Shown piece by piece: positions 58,105 through 64,000 of a DNA stretch of 64,000 nucleotides (its first letter is position 1; each line of letters starts with the position of its first letter). A program made the position numbers and the translations under genes. The DNA is from an uncultured Actinomycetes bacterium (GTDB taxonomy: Bacteria; Actinomycetota; Thermoleophilia; RBG-16-64-13). The notes below the pieces were generated by a model. It ran no database searches. It saw only the letters and a list, made by a program, of their open reading frames with translations, and was not told the origin of the DNA. The stretch spans positions 117,776 to 181,775 of the forward strand of contig CAWEJM010000010.1 in assembly GCA_963809395.1 (NCBI GenBank). Reading direction: 5' to 3'.

Positions 58105-58719
58105 ATGAAGCTGCCGGAGCGACAGAGGCTGATACTGCAGGTCATCGAGGCCGCGGTCGAGCAGCAGGGGTATCCGCCCACGGTCCGGGAGATCGGTGCC
58201 GCTGTCGGACTCTGCTCTCCCGCGTCGGTGCAGAGTCACCTCGGATCCCTTGAAGCGAAAGGCTATATCCGCCGGGGCACGTCCAAACGGCGAGCCCTTG
58301 AAGTGGTACGGCCCTCCGGTCGAGAGCAGGCCTTCGCCGCTGTCGCCGGGGGTATGCACGTTCCTCTGGTCGGACGGGTGGCCGCCGGCCTGCCTCTCCT
58401 CGCGGAGGAGAACATCGAAGAATCCATCGACATCCCTCACTTCCTGGGCGAGCGGGGATGCTTCGCCTTGCGCGTCACCGGCACCTCCATGATCAATGCC
58501 GGGATTCTCGACGGAGACATCGTCGTGGTCAAGCGCCAAGACACTGCCGACGATGGCGACATCGTGGTGGCCATGCTCGGAGACGAGGCTACGCTCAAGC
58601 GCTTCTACCGGGAGGCCGACCAGGTCCGGCTTCAACCGGAGAACGACTCGATGGAGCCTATCTTCACCCGGCATCCGCGGATCGCGGGCAAGGTGACCGG
58701 GGTTCTGCGGAAGCTCTGA
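58105..58719 (+). CDS. lexA: LexA repressor
   Basis: Intact 204-aa ORF; N-terminal wHTH, AG cleavage site (VAGLPLL), S24 Ser/Lys dyad (GTSM ... VVKRQ). Confidence 0.9.
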   Translation: MKLPERQRLILQVIEAAVEQQGYPPTVREIGAAVGLCSPASVQSHLGSLEAKGYIRRGTSKRRALEVVRPSGREQAFAAVAGGMHVPLVGRVAAGLPLLAEENIEESIDIPHFLGERGCFALRVTGTSMINAGILDGDIVVVKRQDTADDGDIVVAMLGDEATLKRFYREADQVRLQPENDSMEPIFTRHPRIAGKVTGVLRKL

Positions 58720-58807
58720 CTGAATCCGGTTTCGCGCACCGGTCCACTTGGCCCGGAGCATGGCAGAGCGCATCGCGCAGCTCATGCGATCCAGCTTGAG
58801 CGGGTTA

Positions 58808-58882
58808 TGGCTCCTCGGGCAGGACTCGAACCTGCAACACCCTGATTAACAGTCAGGTACTCTACCATTGAGCTACCGAGGA
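58808..58882 (-). tRNA. tRNA-Asn (anticodon GTT)
   Basis: Reverse complement TCCTCGGTAGCTCAATGGTAGAGTACCTGACTGTTAATCAGG...GCAGGTTCGAGTCCTGCCCGAGGAGCCA: acceptor TCCTCGG/CCGAGGA, anticodon loop CTGTTAA, CCA encoded. Confidence 0.85.
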
Positions 58883-58988
58883 CCGTGAACGTCGCGTAGT
58901 ATAGGCGAACGCCCTGGCCCGTGCAAACGCGGCCGCGGGTGCCTGCCAAATGCGAAGACGGGTCGGACGACAGACGGGGAGGTGACCA

Positions 58989-60390
58989 ATGACGACGCAT
59001 GAGTCGCACCTCGAGTGCTTCAAAGCCTACGACGTGCGCGGCCGGGTGCCCGACCAGCTGAACGAGGGGATGGCCGAACTCATCGGCCTGGCGTACGCGA
59101 GACTGGTGCGTCCCAAACGGGTGGCTGTGGGGCACGACGTCCGGCTGACCAGCCCGTCGCTGACCGAGGCGTTGTGTCGCGGACTGACCGCCGCCGGGGT
59201 GGACGTGGTCGACATCGGACTGGTGGGGACGGAAGAGGTTTACTTCGCCACCTTCTCACTGGGACTCGACGGCGGCATCATGGTCACGGCCAGTCACAAC
59301 CCCCGCGACTACAACGGCATGAAGTTCACGCGTGAGCAGGCGCGACCCATCAGCGCCGACACCGGCCTGCTCGAGATAGAGGCGACGGTAGCGAGCGCTC
59401 TCGACGATCGGGCGGGAACGTCTCCGCGTGCGGCGAGCACGCCGATCCAAACACCGGGGACCATCAGCCAAGCCGATGCGCGCCCGCAGTACGTGGAACA
59501 TCTTCTCACCTACGTGGACATTTCCAGCCTGCGGCCTCTCAAGGTGGTGGTCAACGCCGGAAATGGCGGCGCCGGCCCCGTCATCGACATGCTGGAGGGG
59601 TCGCTGCCCTTGAAGTTCATCAAGATCAACCATGAGCCGGACGGCTCGTTCCCGCTGGGAGTGCCGAACCCGCTGCTGCCCGAAAACCGTGCGCTGACCG
59701 CTGCTGCTGTGGTGGCGGAAGGAGCCGATCTCGGGCATCGCCTGGGACGGTGATTTCGACCGTTGCTTCTTCTTCGACGAGCGCGGCGAGTTCGTCGAGG
59801 GCTATTACCTCGTGGGCCTCCTGGCCGAGCGCGCTCTACGGCGCCACCCTGGGGCGCGCATCATCCATGACCCTCGGCTTGTGTGGAATACCGAGGAGAT
59901 CGTCAAGGCAGCAGGCGGAATCCCGGTGCTCTGCAAGAGCGGCCACGCTTTCATAAAGGAGAAGATGCGGGCGGTCGACGCGGCCTACGGCGGGGAGATG
60001 TCGGCGCATCACTATTTCCGTGAGTTCTCGTACTGCGACAGTGGCATGATTCCCTGGCTCCAGGTGGTTGAGGCGATGAGCGAGGGCGGTCGTCCGCTGT
60101 CGGCCATGGTCGAAGAGAGGATCGCTCGCTATCCCGTGAGCGGCGAGATCAATCTGACCATCGCCGATCCGGTCGGGGCCCTTGCTACCATCAGGGCAGC
60201 GTACGCGCCCCAAGCGCTTGCGGTAGACGAGACCGATGGCCTTAGCATCGAGTACCCCACCTGGCGGTTCAATGTGCGCATGTCGAACACCGAACCGGTC
60301 GTGCGGGTAAACGTGGAAACCCGGGGCGACAAGGATCTGTTGCAGGTCAAGACGCGGGAGATCCTGGATCTGCTGAGGCAGGGGGAGTAA
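58989..60390 (+). CDS. phosphomannomutase/phosphoglucomutase
   Basis: Active-site TASHNP, Mg loop in second frame ([11 protein letters not shown]), sugar-binding and C-terminal domains in ORF 59812..60390; frameshifts 59740-59810. Confidence 0.8.
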
Positions 60391-60400
60391 GGCAGGGACT

Positions 60401-62141
60401 GTGAGAATCGCGCTGGCGCAGATCAATCCCACGGTCGGGGATCTGAAGGGGAACGCCCGGCTGATCGTGGAGACGGCGCAGCAGGCCGCCGCGGCCGGCG
60501 CTACGGTGGTGGCGTTTCCCGAACTAGCCATCTCCGGCTATCCCCCCGAGGATCTTCTTCTCAAGGACCATTTCTTGGTCGGCTGCCATCAGGCGCTGCT
60601 CGAGGTGGCGGCCGGCTGCAAGGACATTGTGGCTCTGGTAGGCGTGCCGCTCTTGGACGGCGGGGTGGTGTCCAACGGAGCGGCCATCCTGGCAGGGGGC
60701 GCACTGGTAGGCTCCTACCGGAAGATCTGGCTGCCAAATTACGCGGTCTTTGATGAGAAGAGGTACTTCGCCCCCGGAGACCGCGTCGTCGTGATCGAGA
60801 TGCCGGGCGTGCGTCTGGGAGTGAACATCTGCGAAGACGTCTGGGACGACTGCGGCCCCACCGAGGCGGCTGCCTTCGCGGGTGGCGCGCAGATCGTCGT
60901 CAACCTGTCGATGTCGCCCTACCACCTGGGAAAGGGCAGGGAGCGGGAGGCCATGCTCTCGCGCCGGGCCCGCGAAGCTGGGACGTATCTGTGCTATGTG
61001 AACGGCGTCGGCGGGCAGGACGAACTCGTCTTCGATGGCCAGAGCCTCGTCTTCGACCCGTCGGGCCGGCTTGTGGCCCGGGCATGCCAGTTCGACGAGC
61101 AGTTGCTGATCGTGGAGATCGATCCGGGCCCGCTGCGACCGGACCGGCCGCTCCAATTGTGCGCCCTCCGCGTGGCCTGTGGAGATCATCCCTGTGGACG
61201 CCGACCTGAGCGCCAAGGGCGGCGCCGCCGCAGCGGCGACCGCGCAGGCGTTTCCGCGGGCGGTGTGCGCGGGGGTCAGCGAGTCGCTTGCGGTCGAGGC
61301 CGAAGTCTACGCGGCGCTGCGCCTGGGAGTGAGGGACTACCTGGCCAAGAACGGCTTCCAGAAGGTCGTCATGGGCTTGAGCGGAGGGATAGACTCGGCC
61401 CTCACCGCGTGCATCGCGGCAGACGCCCTGGGAAAGGACCGAGTGACGGCCGTCTCCATGCCCTCGCGCTATTCGAGCGTGGGCACCAAGAGCGATGCCC
61501 GAGAGACGGCAGAGCGATTGGGTATCCACTTCTACGAGATTCCTATCGAGACGATGTATCGCTCCTACCTGGAGAGTCTTGCCCCCTACTTCAGCGATGA
61601 CGAGCCCGGTGTCACTGAGCAGAACATCCAGGCGCGCATTCGCGGGAATGTGCTCATGGCCCTTTCCAACAGGTTCGGATGGTTGGTCCTCACGACCGGC
61701 AACAAGAGCGAGATGGCCGTGGGCTACGCCACGCTCTATGGCGACATGGCCGGCGGTTTCGCCGCCCTCAAGGACGTGCCCAAGACGCTGGTCTACCGGC
61801 TTGCGGAGTATCGAAACTCGCTGGGTCCAGGCGCCGGCCCCATCCCGGATTCGACGATCGACCGGGCTCCGTCGGCGGAACTCGCTCCGGATCAGACCGA
61901 TCAGGACACCTTGCCTCCCTACGAGATCCTCGACCGGATCATCGAGGCGTACGTGGTCGGGGACAACAGCGTCGAGGAGATCGTGGCCCTCGGGTTGAGC
62001 AGATCCGAGGTGCAAAGGGTGGCGGCCATGATCGATGGCAACGAGTACAAACGTCGCCAGGCTCCCCCAGGAGTGCGCATCACCCCCAAAGCCTTTGGAA
62101 AGGATAGACGGCTGCCCATCACGAACCGTTACCGGGGATAG
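60401..62141 (+). CDS. nadE: glutamine-dependent NAD+ synthetase
   Basis: N-terminal nitrilase/CN-hydrolase domain ([29 protein letters not shown]), C-terminal NAD synthetase domain ([10 protein letters not shown]) in ORF 61179..62141; frameshift near 61160. Confidence 0.85.
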
Positions 62142-62206
62142 CTCGTATAATCTGCGAATACGGCGCGGATGAAGCGGATGCCTCGGCCAGGAGGCAAGGA
62201 GCAGGG

Positions 62207-63378
62207 GTGAGCGACTACGTGGTGGGCGAAAAGGGCGTTGGCGCCTCAGTGGGGACCGTCGGACTGAAGTCCGTCGAGTTCGCGTCCCTGCCCCTCGACT
62301 CGGGCGTAAACCTCGAGCCGGTCACCATCGCCTACGAGACGTATGGCCGGCTGAACGAACAACGAACGAACGCCGTCCTCATCCTGCACGCCCTTTCAGG
62401 CGACGCGCACGCCGCCGGCTACTATCCCGGAGAAGACAAGCCCGGCTGGTGGGAGACGATGATCGGGCCGGGCAAGGGCTTCGACACCGATCGCTACTTC
62501 GTCATATGCTCCAACGTCATCGGCGGCTGCAAAGGTAGCACCGGGCCCAACAGCATCGATCCGGCCACGGGGAAGGAATACGGGCTCGATTTCCCTCTTG
62601 TGACCGTGGGCGACATGGTGCGGGCCCAGAAGCTGCTCATCGACCATCTGGGGATCACGCGCCTTCTGTGCGTCTGCGGAGGCTCCATGGGGGGGATGCA
62701 GGCTCTGCAGTGGGCCGTCGCCTACCCAGAGGCAGTGGCGTCGTGCATCGCCATTGCCGCCACTCCCAAGCACTCGCCGATGCAGATCGCCTTCAACGAA
62801 GTGGGACGACAGGCCATCATGGCCGACCCGAACTGGAACGACGGGGACTACTACCAAGGGGATCCTCCCGACAGCGGGCTGACCGTCGCCCGCATGATCG
62901 GCCACATCACCTATCTTTCCGACGAGTCCATGCACGAGAAATTCGGCAGACGATTGCACGACAAGAGGGCGCTGGGTCACGACGTCACCCTTGACTTCGA
63001 GGTGGAGAGCTATCTGCGCCACCAGGGGGAGTTGTTCACGCGGCGTTTCGATGCCAATACGTATCTCTACATCACCAAAGCCCTCGACTTCTTCGACCTC
63101 AGCAATGGGCGCGGCGTACTGGTGGAGACCTTTCGCGATCTGCCGGAGGATATGCGCTTCCTTGTGATCGCGTTCAGCAGCGATTGGCTCTATCCGCCGT
63201 ACCAGTCAAAGGAGATCGTCAGGGCTCTTGAAGGGCAACGGCCTGGATTGCTCCTATCTGGAGATGAGATCCTCCTTCGGACATGATGCCTTCTTGCTGG
63301 AGAACAAGGACCTGACCCGAGTGGTGTGGCACTTCATGGAGTCCACCGCCAGACAGCGGGGGATACGCTTTGCCTAGC
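62207..63378 (+). CDS. metX: homoserine O-acetyltransferase
   Basis: MetX alpha/beta-hydrolase fold with [12 protein letters not shown] nucleophile elbow; C-terminal about 30 aa shifted near 63250. Confidence 0.85.
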
Positions 63379-64000
63379 TCGCAGGGGAAGACGGCCGAAA
63401 CGGTGCGCTGGGACCACCTGTTCATCGTGGACGTGGTGCCGCAGGGAGCACGTGTACTCGACCTCGGCTGCGGTCGAGGGACGCTGCTCAAGATGCTCAA
63501 GGAGCGCAAGGGAGTGCGCGGCACCGGCATCGAGATCGTCGAGGAGAAGGTATACGAAGCCGTCACCAAGGGGGTCACCGTCTATCACGGCGACTTCAAC
63601 GAAGGCCTTTCCTACTATCCCGATAACAGCTTCGACTACGTGGTGCTCAGCCAGACCCTGCAGGAGGCGCACGAGACCGTGACGGTCCTGCAGGGAAGCC
63701 CTTCGAGTGGGGCGCTACGTCGTCGCCAGCTTCCCCAATTTCGGTCACTGGAAGTCGCGCCTGCAGTTGCTCGTGACCGGTCGGGCACCGGTCACGGGAT
63801 CCTTGCCCTATCAGTGGTACGACACGCCCAACGTCCACTCGTTGACCATCAAGGACTTCGCCGAGTTCACCCGTGACCAGGGCATCGACATCGTGCGCCG
63901 CTTCTACGTGGGCGAGAGGGGCAGGCTGCGTTTCTGGCCGAACCTGCGGGCCGCCTACGGGGTGTTCGTGCTCGAGAAGGTGGCTGCGCCGCTCGAGAAC
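63370..64000 (+). CDS. metW: methionine biosynthesis protein MetW (SAM-MTase-like), partial at window end
   Basis: MetW-like N-terminus (VRWDHLFIVDVVPQGARVLDLGCGRGTLL); frameshift near 63690; C-terminal part (FPNFGHWKSRLQLLVTGRAPVT...) in ORF 63647 frame; overlaps metX end; runs off window. Confidence 0.75.

Overview
This is a high-GC (about 68%) bacterial chromosomal window with Gram-positive/Actinobacteria-like core content (whiA, rapZ, Cheo-type LexA boxes, PrsW, cDPG-synthetase-like gene). Gene order, start to end: pyrE, hup, pyrF, a D-Ala-D-Ala carboxypeptidase, pfkB-family kinase, guaA, rsfS, tRNA-Ala, a secreted/TM protein with a C-terminal zinc ribbon, a small TM protein plus PrsW protease, a polysaccharide deacetylase, uvrA, hflX, an M42 peptidase, an acyl-CoA dehydrogenase with etfAB, uvrC, ogt, rapZ-whiA, gap-pgk-tpiA-gpmI, secG, a five-gene peptide ABC transporter, RNase P RNA, a cDPG-synthetase-like gene, sodA, an MFS transporter, yihY, murI, rph-rdgB, a zincin peptidase, an XRE regulator, then an approx. 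10-kb same-strand block larC-acsD-acsC-lipA-acsE-nfnA-nfnB-fdhA, a Lon-like protease on the opposite strand, tRNA-Leu, SOS-box-controlled lexA, tRNA-Asn, manB, nadE and metX-metW. The block carries the Wood-Ljungdahl corrinoid Fe-S protein and its methyltransferase, next to an NfnAB-like pair and a Cys-type formate dehydrogenase. More than half of the conserved genes are interrupted by single-base frameshifts; in the three cases resolved to the base (dacB, pfkB, larC start) the cause is an extra G or C in a homopolymer run. That pattern points to assembly indel error rather than biology, and it creates spurious fused ORFs in the six-frame track (pfkB+guaA, rapZ+whiA, tpiA+gpmI). The main findings are the larC-acs-lipA-nfn-fdh block, a tandem duplication of the etfB 5' end, rapZ-whiA adjacency without yvcK, and the zinc-ribbon/PrsW module.
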